From contig JBEKSC010000006.1 of assembly GCA_049517415.1 (NCBI GenBank), forward strand, positions 33,018 to 97,017: a DNA stretch of 64,000 nt, written 5' to 3'. The position numbers and the translations under genes were made by a program. Shown here in pieces: positions 47,594-58,077 of this stretch (position 1 is its first letter; each line of letters begins with the position of its first letter). The DNA is from Candidatus Bathyarchaeia archaeon (GTDB lineage Archaea; Thermoproteota; Bathyarchaeia; 40CM-2-53-6). The notes beneath the pieces were generated by a model that saw only the letters and a list, made by a program, of their open reading frames with translations, ran no database searches and had not been told where the DNA came from.

Positions 47594-49051
47594 ATGGAAC
47601 CCGATTATGATGTCATAATCGCCGGGGCCGGAATTGCAGGAATGATTACCGCAGCATCTGCAGCAAAGCACTCTAATCAGAATCTTAAGATCTTAGTCGT
47701 TGACCGGAACCCTAGGTCTCAAGCAGGAATGAAAACAGCGACTGGTTGGGTTTGCGGAGACGCAGTCAGCAAGAACAGCATAGATTACTTGGCCTCAGAG
47801 GTAGGGATGCAGTATGGCAAACCTGAGCTGGAGCAAGCCGTCCATGGCGTGGTCGCATATTCCCCAGACCATCAATCAAAAGCCATGTTCGACGGAGAGG
47901 GGTTCGTATTAAACCGAAAACTCCTGCCCCAGAGGCAGTTGAAAGACGCGGAAAAACTTGGCGCAGAATTCCTGTTCGAGGCCTATGCTGACGCCCTCGT
48001 CCACGAGGACGGTTTCATCAAAGGCATTCATTGCAGATCCTCGAAGGATAACTCCAGCTTCAAGAAAACTGCGAAGCTAGTTGTGGACGCCACGGGATCA
48101 GCCTCGCGCCTCCGAACAAGCCTTCCAATAAACAGCTATATCGAGAAAGAGATCGATAAGCAAAATGACATGGAATCAACCGGACGATACATTCTCAAAT
48201 TTGACGTTGCCAAGAAGGACGAAACATTCTTCGACCCTGATTATTGCATCATTCACTTAGACCAGGAAATCGCGCCAGGGGGATATGCTTGGGTATTTCC
48301 GAAAGGTGAGGACAAAGTCAACATCGGCCTCGGCGTGCAGAAAAGACTACTTGAACAACGAAACAAGCAATTGGGGAGAAACGATACCCTGCAGTCCTTA
48401 ATCGATGAATACGTGCGCACGAATCCGGTCATTAAGAATTGGAAGCTGGCTAACGGTTCGGATGATATTGGAAACGAGAAAGGGAGTTGGCAAGTGCCTG
48501 TTCGTAGACAGAACGATTGCATGGTCGCAAACGGGTATATGATTGTGGGCGATGCGGCCTGGATGCCCCGACCGATCGACGCGGGCGGAATTGGACCTGC
48601 GATATATGCTAGCACTATAGCTGGCAAAGTGGTTGCAGAAGCATTACAGACGAATGATACTTCTGAGCGGGGGCTCTGGAAGTTCAATACGGAATATGTA
48701 CGCGCATATGGTTACAGAATGGCAAGCTTTGAAATCCTGAGGCGTTTCCTGCAGATACTAAGCAACGATGACCTAAACTATGGAATGAACCATTTCCTCG
48801 GACAGGATGATGTAGACAGCATCACCCGAAGAGAGCATCCAGAATTCAAACGAGTAGCCTTTGCAAGTCCAGCAAGAATTATCTGGGCCCTCCCGCGGCT
48901 CGCGTTGGCGAGAGGCCTCCGCTACACGAGTGAAAAAAGCAGGAAACTTATTCAACACTACATGAACTACCCGACCTCTCCGGATGGGTTCCCTGAATGG
49001 CACGAGCGGTTCACCGAGGAACTGCATGAGGCGTACGCTCGATTCTCTTAG
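47594..49051 (+). CDS. Digeranylgeranylglycerophospholipid reductase (GGR) family flavoprotein
   Basis: GAGIAG, CGDAV, PGGYAWVFP and GDAA..GGIG motifs. Confidence 0.85.
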   Translation: MEPDYDVIIAGAGIAGMITAASAAKHSNQNLKILVVDRNPRSQAGMKTATGWVCGDAVSKNSIDYLASEVGMQYGKPELEQAVHGVVAYSPDHQSKAMFDGEGFVLNRKLLPQRQLKDAEKLGAEFLFEAYADALVHEDGFIKGIHCRSSKDNSSFKKTAKLVVDATGSASRLRTSLPINSYIEKEIDKQNDMESTGRYILKFDVAKKDETFFDPDYCIIHLDQEIAPGGYAWVFPKGEDKVNIGLGVQKRLLEQRNKQLGRNDTLQSLIDEYVRTNPVIKNWKLANGSDDIGNEKGSWQVPVRRQNDCMVANGYMIVGDAAWMPRPIDAGGIGPAIYASTIAGKVVAEALQTNDTSERGLWKFNTEYVRAYGYRMASFEILRRFLQILSNDDLNYGMNHFLGQDDVDSITRREHPEFKRVAFASPARIIWALPRLALARGLRYTSEKSRKLIQHYMNYPTSPDGFPEWHERFTEELHEAYARFS

Positions 49052-49177
49052 AGTCGATAATCCCTACTCGATGGTAGGTCAAACGCCGGCGCGAGCCTCT
49101 CCTAATGGAAACACGCGTCAAATTCAAATAGGGCCAAGAATGCACCAGAAAGAGGCAGCGAAAGGCACTGAGCTGAA

Positions 49178-49564
49178 ATGCAGGAATTCCTCGAGAAAGT
49201 CAAGCCTAAGCAGAAAAAATTCTTCACTCAACTACGAACAGCGATCCGCGAACTTCCTGAAACTGAAGAGTCTATTGAAATCGACGAGGTTTCAGGGGAA
49301 TGGTGTCCAGTATACCGCGTGAAGGGCTCCGACTTAGTTTGGATCCACTTCGATGAACACTTGTGGATCAACTTTCCGGTCGAACCGAACTTCGAGAAGA
49401 AAGTCCTTCAAGATGAAAACCTCGACACCGAGGTCATTGACTTCGTGAAAGAAGCCGAAGAGACCGGTGGCGTCAAATGGGCAACGGCCGAAATAGAATC
49501 AGCTGAAGGCGTCGAACAAGTCATCCCACTATTGAAGCTCAGACATTCCGTCTTGTTTTCATAG
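49178..49564 (+). CDS. Hypothetical acidic protein
   Basis: Clean 128-aa ORF; family not recognised with confidence. Confidence 0.6.
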   Translation: MQEFLEKVKPKQKKFFTQLRTAIRELPETEESIEIDEVSGEWCPVYRVKGSDLVWIHFDEHLWINFPVEPNFEKKVLQDENLDTEVIDFVKEAEETGGVKWATAEIESAEGVEQVIPLLKLRHSVLFS

Positions 49565-49620
49565 AATTATGCCCAACCAAGCAGGGTAACGCATAGTTCC
49601 CGTCACTCACGATAAAATAA

Positions 49621-50850
49621 CTATCTTGAAAAGCCGCTTAATGTCTCCTTTAGTCTCTCTACGCCTTCTTTGAGGACCTCCCGCTCTAGCGTTGAGAAAG
49701 ACAATCTGGTGTAGCCTTCAAAATCTTTTCCGAAAGCTGAACCGTAAACAACTGCGATTCCGTTATCCATGAATCTGTTAAGCAGATATTTGTCCTTGTC
49801 TTTGATATCCTTTGGAATGAACTTGTTCAGGTTTATGAAGAAATAGAACGCGCCTTCAGGCATGTACGTGCTTCCATTGGATATCGCCTTTATGCCTTCA
49901 TAGACGATGTCTCTTCTTTCTTGGAGTTCTTTGACAAAGAAATTCAACCATTTATCTCTGGATTCCTTGTCGCGCAATGCAACAGTCAACGCATGCTGCT
50001 GAGGTGTTGAGAGACCTGCAGTCTGGCTGTAGTTACCTTTAGTCATGTTCTCGATTATCTTCTTATTCCTGCTAACTGAATATCCCATCCTAAGTCCAGT
50101 CGCGGCAAAACTCTTCGAACCTGTAAAGACAGATATTATGTGGTCTCCGTCAAACTCTAGCATGCTGGTATGCTTCTTGCCGTCATAGACAAGGTCCTTG
50201 TATGCCTCATCAGATATTATGAGAACGTTGTTCTTCCTGCAGAGCTCATTCACTAGAGACATCTCTTCTCTTGAGAAGACTTTTCCTGTCGGATTGTGCG
50301 GCGTGTTCAGATAGAAAACATCCACATCCTTTATGACCTCTTCAAGTTTGCCTGCGTCGATCTTCAACCGTCCTGCTTCTTCCTTGAACGGAACAAGAGT
50401 CCAATCAAATTTTGCGTAAGGCAGTATGTTCTCTAGCATGGCGCTCCAGATTGGACCGAAAGCTGCTGCTTTACAGCCTTCAAACTGCAAGAATGCCAAT
50501 TCGAGTCCTTCTTGTCCGCCATAAGTTGCTACTACATTATCTCTCGTGATTTCTTCTATTTTCATCTCATTCATATGGGAGATAACTGCATCCTTGAACC
50601 AGGGAGCTCCGCCTGATTTAGGGTACTTGGTGAGTTTCTTAACAAGCACTGCATCGCTGAATGCCTGCGCTACGTACGCTGGCATGTCAAAGCCCACCTC
50701 TCCGCGCTGAAAAAAAATAAAAGGCCTGCCAGTCTTCTTCTCGAAAGATGAAGCAAGCTGTTCGGCTTCCTCGCTTATCTGCACGATAGGCGAAAGACCA
50801 ATTCGTCTAAAGGACGAACTTATCTTTGATTCAATGTTCTTTGTTGCCAT
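49621..50850 (-). CDS. Class I/II PLP-dependent aminotransferase
   Basis: NTPHNPTG, SDEAY and SKSFAATGLRMG motifs; ATG at 50850 chosen. Confidence 0.92.
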   Translation of the reverse strand: MATKNIESKISSSFRRIGLSPIVQISEEAEQLASSFEKKTGRPFIFFQRGEVGFDMPAYVAQAFSDAVLVKKLTKYPKSGGAPWFKDAVISHMNEMKIEEITRDNVVATYGGQEGLELAFLQFEGCKAAAFGPIWSAMLENILPYAKFDWTLVPFKEEAGRLKIDAGKLEEVIKDVDVFYLNTPHNPTGKVFSREEMSLVNELCRKNNVLIISDEAYKDLVYDGKKHTSMLEFDGDHIISVFTGSKSFAATGLRMGYSVSRNKKIIENMTKGNYSQTAGLSTPQQHALTVALRDKESRDKWLNFFVKELQERRDIVYEGIKAISNGSTYMPEGAFYFFINLNKFIPKDIKDKDKYLLNRFMDNGIAVVYGSAFGKDFEGYTRLSFSTLEREVLKEGVERLKETLSGFSR

Positions 50851-50883
50851 GAAAGTTCTTACTGCGGCCGTACGTGTTTGCAC

Positions 50884-51192
50884 TTAAGATTTACGCATCA
50901 CAGTAGCCTGTGTGTTATCCCAGGACATGTGGCACATCTCTGAACTCCCGACCCAACACGTCTTCAGGTCGATGACGGCTAATTTCTCATGCATTCTCGG
51001 ACGTAAATCTACGTGTACTTTGATTTCTTTGAGATATTCGATTGCGTCTGCTGCTCCTTTCGCCAGATTATCATCGAGCTCTTTCTCTGCGGCGTCGAAC
51101 ATCTGTCGAGGGGGTCGAGTGTATATCGAAACTCTCACACCACGCTTTACTAGATCCTTCAAGTCATCTGCTATTATCCCAAGTCTTATGCG
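50884..51192 (-). pseudogene. Phospholipase D-family (HKD) domain fragment
   Basis: RGVRVSIYTR..HEKLAVID..WVGS; N-terminus missing and expected SxN lost. Confidence 0.6.
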
Positions 51193-51798
51193 TTAATAGT
51201 TTCGACATGAATCTTTGGTTGTCACGTTCTTTGGCATAACCTAGCTTGGTTTAGGGTCTTGTTTTCGTGAGGTTTTAGCGGGTTCGTAGCCTAGCGGGTG
51301 ATGCAATTGATGTCTGAAGTTTCGCCCTTTTACCTCTCTGTTGCAACTGTTTCTCTTCTCTCATTTCTGGGGCTGCAAAAAACTGTCTGCTGGCTGAGTT
51401 CTGCTAAGGCTTAGGGCGGTAGGCTTTGGTTGCCTGTTAAGTGTCGAGTTAGAAGTCACGTTAAGTTGAGGACCTGTATCAAATGATTGAGGCTATACAA
51501 CAACATGGTTTCCTCGAGCAAGAGCTCAGATTCGTCCTCGAATAAGGGCTCAAATAATTCCTATAGTTCCATTGCAGCATTATGGAAGAGAGGGAAAAGA
51601 AAGAGGATAGCTGCTGCCACGACTACGACGAGGCTTGGGTGTGCAGAATCTGCGGCTATCAGCTTCCGGTTGCGATTCAGAATAAGATCAGGCGGATTGG
51701 TGAGGGAGAAAGGAAATGAGGCATAAGGTGGCCTTGCAGCAGCGTATCGACACCCTGGAATCATTAGAGCAACGCGGCTATCACGGACTGGTTAGCGT

Positions 51799-52233
51799 GT
51801 GGGAACCGGCGCGGAGGAAGATCTGATGGCGATAAGAATAGTGTATTTTGAGAAGGCGGTTGCGGACAGCATACTGACCGCGGCGATGAGCGTGTACCCG
51901 CGCGAGACTATCCTTCTGCTTCAGGGAAAGAAGAGCGGCGACGAAATCCGCCTGAACAGCGTCCTTATCCCGCCACTAGCCACCTACGGCCGAGGATTCA
52001 GCGTATACCTTGGCACGATGCTTCCCTGGGACCTGACAATCATGGGTGCCGCCCACTCCCACCCATCAGGAAACCCGCACCCCTCCACCCACGACCTCAA
52101 CCACTTTCGTGGACGAATAATGGTTATCGCGGCATATCCTTACAATGATTATACGAATCTCGCGGCCTACGATCGCGAAGGCAGCACGATCCCGCACGAA
52201 ATAGTTCCCGACGAAACACCGCAACAGATGTAG
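51799..52233 (+). CDS. JAB/Mov34 (JAMM) metalloprotease
   Basis: YPRE and HSHPSGNPHPSTHD motifs. Confidence 0.9.
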   Translation: MGTGAEEDLMAIRIVYFEKAVADSILTAAMSVYPRETILLLQGKKSGDEIRLNSVLIPPLATYGRGFSVYLGTMLPWDLTIMGAAHSHPSGNPHPSTHDLNHFRGRIMVIAAYPYNDYTNLAAYDREGSTIPHEIVPDETPQQM

Positions 52234-52261
52234 ACAGCTTACTGCGCTCATTGCGGCTTGC

Positions 52262-53059
52262 TTACTTGCTGGGCGTGTTGCGCTTAGGGGTTGCGTTATC
52301 TTTGGTCAAAGTTGAATCTGCCCACAGGTATTCGAAGTAGTTCTTAGCGAATTTTGCGAGGCCTATATGGTCGGACCAAATGGCTAAGCCGATGGCCTCT
52401 TCTCCTTCCTGTCCGAGGAGGAGGATGACTTCGCGGCCATCGGCGATTATTCCACCGCCGAACATTTGTTCACGGATGCGCACGTCACAGTACTTCTTCA
52501 GTTTGTCCATGGTTTCACTCATTGGGCTCTTCATAGTCATTATCTGCACCTTGACGCCTCTTTCCACAATGGTTTTGACAATCGGAATCAGCATTTCCGC
52601 GGTTGCGTCGGGTATCCCCGGAACTGCAACGAGAATTTCTTTCTGTACGTGTTCGACGGTTTCCCTGATCTTGGCGAGAACGTTGAGGTTTCCGCGCACG
52701 ATCCAGATATCTGGGCGCTCCCTCACCCCTTTCTTCTCGTATATTGGTTGAAGTTCATCTAGCACTATTCCTTCGTTCGTCTTGAGTGAGTTCTCAAGTT
52801 GGGATTTCGTAATCTCGAGTGCTACCGAGGGCGGTTTCGGATAGTACTTGCTCGGCCGCCCGTGCTCCATTTCAATCCATCCTTTCTTTTCGAGCGACCC
52901 TAGCACTTCGTAGATTTTCGAATAGGGCACATCCGAGGCTTGGCTTAGCTCGCTTGCCGTTGCCGGCCCAATTTCGAGGAGTGAGGTGTATGAGCGTATT
53001 TCGTAGTCGGTTAGTCCGAATTCTTGGAGCGAACGCCTTGCTTTATCGCTTATTGTCAA
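52262..53059 (-). CDS. TrmB family transcriptional regulator
   Basis: GLTDYE..Y..LL, VPYSKIYEVL.SLEKKG and GRP..Y motifs; TTG at 53059 is the likely start. Confidence 0.92.
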   Translation of the reverse strand: MTISDKARRSLQEFGLTDYEIRSYTSLLEIGPATASELSQASDVPYSKIYEVLGSLEKKGWIEMEHGRPSKYYPKPPSVALEITKSQLENSLKTNEGIVLDELQPIYEKKGVRERPDIWIVRGNLNVLAKIRETVEHVQKEILVAVPGIPDATAEMLIPIVKTIVERGVKVQIMTMKSPMSETMDKLKKYCDVRIREQMFGGGIIADGREVILLLGQEGEEAIGLAIWSDHIGLAKFAKNYFEYLWADSTLTKDNATPKRNTPSK

Positions 53060-53132
53060 TGAGAGCCAGCCGCTGACAGAGCTTTCTAGCTGGGATTCAA
53101 TATAAGATTTCACTACTGAAAGTGGTTAACGA

Positions 53133-53585
53133 TTAATGGTCTTGTCGGGGTTCGTTTGAGACCCAATATGATTCCTTCGTCGTGAATTCCTTCTTCCAAA
53201 TTGGAACTTCCTTCTTCACTCTCTCAACAGTTTCAGCAAGCGCAGAAAAAACATCGTGCCGATGTTTTCCAAGCACGGCGACGAAAAGGCTTGGCTCACC
53301 AACATTCAAAGTGTCAATAATGTGATGGATCGAAACCTCGAGGATCCCCGCGCGTTTCTTGATTGCATCCCTGATTTCTTCCATGCGTTTGAGGGCAACC
53401 TCAGTGTAGGCTTCGTATTCAAGCCGAACCACTTTCGCCTCAGACTCACGTACCGGATCTTCGCGAACGACACCGACGAAGCACGCTACTGCACCGGCCT
53501 CATGATAATCAGGGAGCTGAGAAAGGCCGTTCATTATTTGGTTCAGGTCAACCTCACCCTTCTTGTGAAGTCCAATAACGTCCAA
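53133..53585 (-). CDS. moaE: Molybdopterin synthase catalytic subunit
   Basis: GAVACFVGVVR, LEYEAY, HR and VPIWKKE motifs. Confidence 0.93.
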   Translation of the reverse strand: MDVIGLHKKGEVDLNQIMNGLSQLPDYHEAGAVACFVGVVREDPVRESEAKVVRLEYEAYTEVALKRMEEIRDAIKKRAGILEVSIHHIIDTLNVGEPSLFVAVLGKHRHDVFSALAETVERVKKEVPIWKKEFTTKESYWVSNEPRQDH

Positions 53586-53669
53586 CGGATTTGCCGCCCA
53601 GGAATTACGTTGTCACGCTCAGGATGAAAAATGTTCTTTGAGGCTGACGAGCAGAGGCGACTGTGTGAC

Positions 53670-53906
53670 CTACGCCTTCTGCTGTATCTCGGTTTTCATT
53701 TTCTCGAGATGCTGGTTTTCAGAGTCAAACGTCGTTCCGACAATCTGCACTTGGTAGATGGTCTTGGGTGCGTTGCAGAATTCGCAAGGTGGCCCAAACC
53801 CTTCAGAACTTGGTGAAACCCTAAGCCAGAGCTGGTTTATTCCAGCGTACGTAAGGTCAAGTTTGACCTTGTCCCGAGCACAGTTCTCGCAAAGATAGAA
53901 GGGCAT
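53670..53906 (-). CDS. Small hypothetical protein with two CxxC pairs
   Basis: MPFYLCENCA...CEFC. Confidence 0.55.
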   Translation of the reverse strand: MPFYLCENCARDKVKLDLTYAGINQLWLRVSPSSEGFGPPCEFCNAPKTIYQVQIVGTTFDSENQHLEKMKTEIQQKA

Positions 53907-54234
53907 CGCATACACTAGGGGACGCGATAGTCTTAGAACCGTTATTAACACTTCGAATCCGCAGACCTGATCTAGCTATGGGAAACCGCCTTATCAAAAG
54001 CGACAAGCAAATTGGACCCAGCTTATCTGCGGCGGTCCCCTAAACGCAGAAGATCAAGGGAGCATAACATTCCCCGTATTCGAGTCATTCCGCTTTGCAT
54101 TGGGATTAGGATGTCTGGGTTTGACCTTGATAGTTGGAAACGGCTTGCGTTTATCTAGCCGGCGACGACGATAGAGAGTCCCACGTCCATTCGGCGTTAT
54201 GCGACTCAGGGTAAATGCCTTATCAACACAAAAT

Positions 54235-54384
54235 ATTCAGGTTAACTCTGATTCCCTCATCGTCGCAATCGGATTATGGAATAGGATTCAGTTTAACCTT
54301 CTGGGCGCTTCGTTTCTCTTGGAATGGTAGATGCCCTTGCGGCCATCATTACAGCCTGTTTTAAATACGCACATTCAGGTTAAC
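54235..54384 (+). promoter_or_regulatory. Three ATTCAGKTTAAC boxes around the promoter of the 54408 gene
   Basis: Copies at 54235-54246, 54286-54297 and 54373-54384; TTTAAATA just upstream of the last. Confidence 0.6.
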
Positions 54385-54407
54385 CTACTCTCAGAAGGCA
54401 AAGTGTC

Positions 54408-56033
54408 TTGAGATATTCCAAGGCGATTCTGTTTGTCGCTATAGTTGTAACTGCGTTTATTGCTCCTCCGAGGGTTGCTGCGTTAGGTCCCGTCGTTACG
54501 GTGACATCCACCTCATCGCAACCTACTCAACAGGGAAATCTCGCGACCTATTCGATCGATGTTGCTTGGGGTTTTCCTTCGGTTTCCTTTTCACTTGCTC
54601 TTTCCGGTCTGCCCGGAGGAGCTAAGTATTCTTTTTCCGCTAACCCAACCACGACTACCGCATCCCTACATGCTACGAGCACGTTGACAATCGACACCGA
54701 CAGTTTAGCATTGTATTGTCCCGGAAGCTATTCGTTCACGGTGACCGCCACATCAGGTCCTAATGTTGGTACGAGCCCTTCGACCGCTCTTACCGTGGCT
54801 CTGGTTGGTCCCCCGCTTCTAGTTTCAGTCTCAACGGACAAGCCCACATACCAAGTCGGAGATGTAATCAGCATATTCGTGACACTTACGAGGCCGGCGA
54901 AAGGTGCACTGCAGATTACGGGGCCCTCAGGTTTCTCCCCTTTGACATTTTCCTTCCACCAACTCAGTCCCTTTAACGGGGTAGCGAGGACCTTAACCGC
55001 CGCAACCATCGGGACGTACACCGTTAGCTTGGCAGCGGACGATTATTGCGGTGGTTACGGTAGCGCCCAGGCCACCTTCGCCGTTAATCCCAACACTTAC
55101 GACGTGGCAATTTCGCTCTCTGGCGTGCCGTCTCAATATTCCTCAACTCTACAGGTCGATGGTCAACAACAAGGAACAATCCAAGGAACTCAGACCAAGA
55201 CGCTCACCTTCCCAATTAGTTCCACGCACACAGTTATGGTGGATCAATATGTTAACGGAACCACGGGAGTGAGGTACTACGCATCACAAAACTCCTGGTC
55301 CGTATCGTCCACGGATAGTTACACATTCAACTATCAGACCCAGTACCAGTTCAACGTGGTCACCGACCCAAGCGGTGTTACTCCTACGACAGGGGGAGGA
55401 TGGTGCAATGAAGGCCAATCGGTTCAGACGAACCAAGCGCCTCCGACCGTAGCGGGCCCAAGCGGCACCCAATACGCTTTCAAAAACTGGGAACTTGATG
55501 GGGCAAACCAGAGTAGTAACCCACTTACTGTCACAATGGATAAACCGCATACCGCCGTAGCCCAATATTCAACTCAGTACCAGCTTGTGGTTGATTCACC
55601 CGGCGGGCTTGGCAACCCGCAAGGAGCAGGTTACTATGACGCTGGCTCGACCGCAACGTTCTCCGTGACCTCACCCGTAGGGTTCCTAGTGCAGCAAGTC
55701 TTCGTCCAATGGCAAGGAGACTATACTGGGACGAACACGCAAGGCTCCGTCGTTATGGACAAGCCCAAGACCGTGCATGCAGTTTGGACAACCAGCTATA
55801 TCCCACTCATAGCCATAATTGTGGTCGCACTTGCAATCGTGGCCGGAATCTTGTTCTGGAGAAAGCGAAAGGGGCCTTCTCCTGAGACGAAACCGACACC
55901 AAGCGCGACCCCGGGGGAAGAGGCAGCCAAGAGCTTGAAATGCGCCTCGTGCGGAACCGACAACCCCATCGACCAGAAATTCTGCACAAACTGCGGGAAA
56001 GGACTAACGGAGAACAAAGAGCATCACACTTAA
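54408..56033 (+). CDS. Single-pass surface protein with Ig-like/B-repeat domains and cytoplasmic zinc ribbon
   Basis: Signal peptide, TDKPTY, repeated FxxW..MDKP.T..A.W/Y, TM helix, CASCG..FCTNCG. Confidence 0.8.
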   Translation: MRYSKAILFVAIVVTAFIAPPRVAALGPVVTVTSTSSQPTQQGNLATYSIDVAWGFPSVSFSLALSGLPGGAKYSFSANPTTTTASLHATSTLTIDTDSLALYCPGSYSFTVTATSGPNVGTSPSTALTVALVGPPLLVSVSTDKPTYQVGDVISIFVTLTRPAKGALQITGPSGFSPLTFSFHQLSPFNGVARTLTAATIGTYTVSLAADDYCGGYGSAQATFAVNPNTYDVAISLSGVPSQYSSTLQVDGQQQGTIQGTQTKTLTFPISSTHTVMVDQYVNGTTGVRYYASQNSWSVSSTDSYTFNYQTQYQFNVVTDPSGVTPTTGGGWCNEGQSVQTNQAPPTVAGPSGTQYAFKNWELDGANQSSNPLTVTMDKPHTAVAQYSTQYQLVVDSPGGLGNPQGAGYYDAGSTATFSVTSPVGFLVQQVFVQWQGDYTGTNTQGSVVMDKPKTVHAVWTTSYIPLIAIIVVALAIVAGILFWRKRKGPSPETKPTPSATPGEEAAKSLKCASCGTDNPIDQKFCTNCGKGLTENKEHHT

Positions 56034-56066
56034 CCAACACAAACGCTCCCTCAGCCTTGTTGCGCG

Positions 56067-57143
56067 ATGGCCTCGCTAACGGAGTCACTCACAGAACAGA
56101 CTCAAACCGACAGACTATTCTTCGTTCTTTCAGGCGAGCACGCATCCCTCCCCGCCGCAGAAGTAAAAGCGATTCTAGAAGCGACTGGCGCAAAATTCTC
56201 CGAACCGACTCTGAGCTACAGGTTACTTACTCTAAACGCTCCATTTAGTGCCTTGAAGGCAGTTTCGGAAAGGAGCCTAATGTACGATTCGTGCGGCCTA
56301 TGCTTGGGAGAATGTGAGGCCGACGAGCGACAAATTGAGGCATTCGTGAAGAATCAGCCGAATGAACGGTTGACCCGTGGGGCTGAGAGTTTTGCGGTTC
56401 GGTCTGTGCGGTTGGGCGGGGCAGCCAAGTCAGTCCGGCGCGTGTCTCTAGAGAGCAGGGTTGGTTCTGTCTTGAAGGAGTCGCTTCCAAGGTTACGTGT
56501 TAACCTTGAGAAGCCTGACCTCATCTTTGCTTGCGTGTTGTATGAGGACAAGTTTTTGCTCGGTCTGTCAAGCTATTCGAAGCCATCTGGCCTGATTGCG
56601 CCTAGGCTGCCCCGTAAGCGTCCCGTATTTCACCCGTCCACGATGCCGCCGAAGATAGCGAGGTGCATGGTCAACTTAGCGCGAGCAGTTCCGGGAACAA
56701 AATTTGCCGACCCATTTTCAGGAGTGGGCGGCATCGCCATTGAGGCTGCTGTGATCGGTTGTAAAGTTCTAGGAATGGATGCAAACCTTCGCATGTTGAG
56801 AGGCGCTCGGAGAAACTTAACCCATTTTGGTTTTGAAGCTGAAGGTTATCTGAATGCTGATGCCCGCCATCTCCCAATGCATGACGTGGATGCCATCGCA
56901 ACTGACCCGCCGTACGGGCGAGGCTCGTCAACCATGGGAACTAAAGTAGCCGCTTTGGTTAAGGAGTTCCTAGAAGGCGTGAAGAGTTCATTGAAAAAAG
57001 ATGCCCACCTCTGCATATCCGCCCCCGTCGAGGTTCAAATTCAAGAATACGCGAGAGAAGCAGGCTTCACGCTCAGGGAGAAACATCTCGCGAAGGTTCA
57101 CCGCAGCCTAACTAGACAATTCGTCGTGTTGCAAAACTCTTAG
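56067..57143 (+). CDS. tRNA (guanine-N2)-methyltransferase Trm11/TrmG10 (THUMP + MTase)
   Basis: LSGEH, RPVFHP, DPFSGVG and TDPPYG motifs. Confidence 0.88.
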   Translation: MASLTESLTEQTQTDRLFFVLSGEHASLPAAEVKAILEATGAKFSEPTLSYRLLTLNAPFSALKAVSERSLMYDSCGLCLGECEADERQIEAFVKNQPNERLTRGAESFAVRSVRLGGAAKSVRRVSLESRVGSVLKESLPRLRVNLEKPDLIFACVLYEDKFLLGLSSYSKPSGLIAPRLPRKRPVFHPSTMPPKIARCMVNLARAVPGTKFADPFSGVGGIAIEAAVIGCKVLGMDANLRMLRGARRNLTHFGFEAEGYLNADARHLPMHDVDAIATDPPYGRGSSTMGTKVAALVKEFLEGVKSSLKKDAHLCISAPVEVQIQEYAREAGFTLREKHLAKVHRSLTRQFVVLQNS

Positions 57144-57144
57144 A

Positions 57145-58077
57145 ATGGCTTCGAAAATGTCAATTTCCGTAACCTTTCTCGGGACGGGAGGAAGCGTCCC
57201 AAGCAAGTATCGAAACCTCCCGAGCGTCCTCCTGCGGAGAGGCCCAGATATAATGCTCTTCGATTGTGGGGAAGGTACGCAACGCCAATTTCTCCAAGCC
57301 AAAGCAGGGACCAACCGAAAGATGCGGATATTCATCAGCCACATGCACGGAGACCACGTATTCGGATTACCTGGATTACTCCACACCCTCTCATTCATGG
57401 GAAGAACAAAAGAGCTGGAGATTGTGGGCCCAAAAGGAATCGCAGACCTTGTCACCTCGGTTAATCGCGTTGTCAAATTGTATTCCCGATTTCCCATTCG
57501 AATCAAGGAGGTACATCATGGTCGCGTTGTCGATGACGAGGAATACGAAGTGCACGCTGCCCCCGCCGAGCACGGCATGCCCTGCTTGGCTTATTCATTC
57601 GTGGAGAAACCACGGGCTGGGAAGTTTGACCCTTCCAAAGCGCTGAAACTGGGCATTCCGGAGGGCCCGATGTGGAAAAAATTACAGGCCTCTGGTTCCG
57701 TGAAGATAGGAAGGAAACTAATTCCATCAAGGCTTGTTGTTGGACCGCAAAGGCCAGGTGTCAAAATAACATACGCTGTTGACACACGACCATGCGCGGC
57801 CGTTCTCAAATTAGCTGCTAGGTCGGACCTTTTGATTCATGACAGCTGCTTCGCGGAAGCAGCTTCTGCGAAAGCAAGAGATTATGGCCACTCGACCGCT
57901 AGCGAAGCCGCTGGTGTTGCGAAGAGGAGTAAGTCCCGGAAATTGGCGCTCTTTCACATTAGCGCCATGTATGAGGATGCCGCACCACTGCTGGCGCAGG
58001 CCAAAAGAATCTTCCGCGAAACAATTCTCTCAAGAGATATGGCTACCGTCTACGTCTCCCCACATACTCTTGGCTGA
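57145..58077 (+). CDS. rnz: Ribonuclease Z
   Basis: FLGTGG, DCGEGTQ, HMHGDH, exosite GIPEGP, and HST motifs. Confidence 0.95.
   Translation: MASKMSISVTFLGTGGSVPSKYRNLPSVLLRRGPDIMLFDCGEGTQRQFLQAKAGTNRKMRIFISHMHGDHVFGLPGLLHTLSFMGRTKELEIVGPKGIADLVTSVNRVVKLYSRFPIRIKEVHHGRVVDDEEYEVHAAPAEHGMPCLAYSFVEKPRAGKFDPSKALKLGIPEGPMWKKLQASGSVKIGRKLIPSRLVVGPQRPGVKITYAVDTRPCAAVLKLAARSDLLIHDSCFAEAASAKARDYGHSTASEAAGVAKRSKSRKLALFHISAMYEDAAPLLAQAKRIFRETILSRDMATVYVSPHTLG

Noticed and set aside
51487..51726. 79-aa low-complexity ORF
   Set aside because: No recognisable motif and it has a competing antisense ORF.
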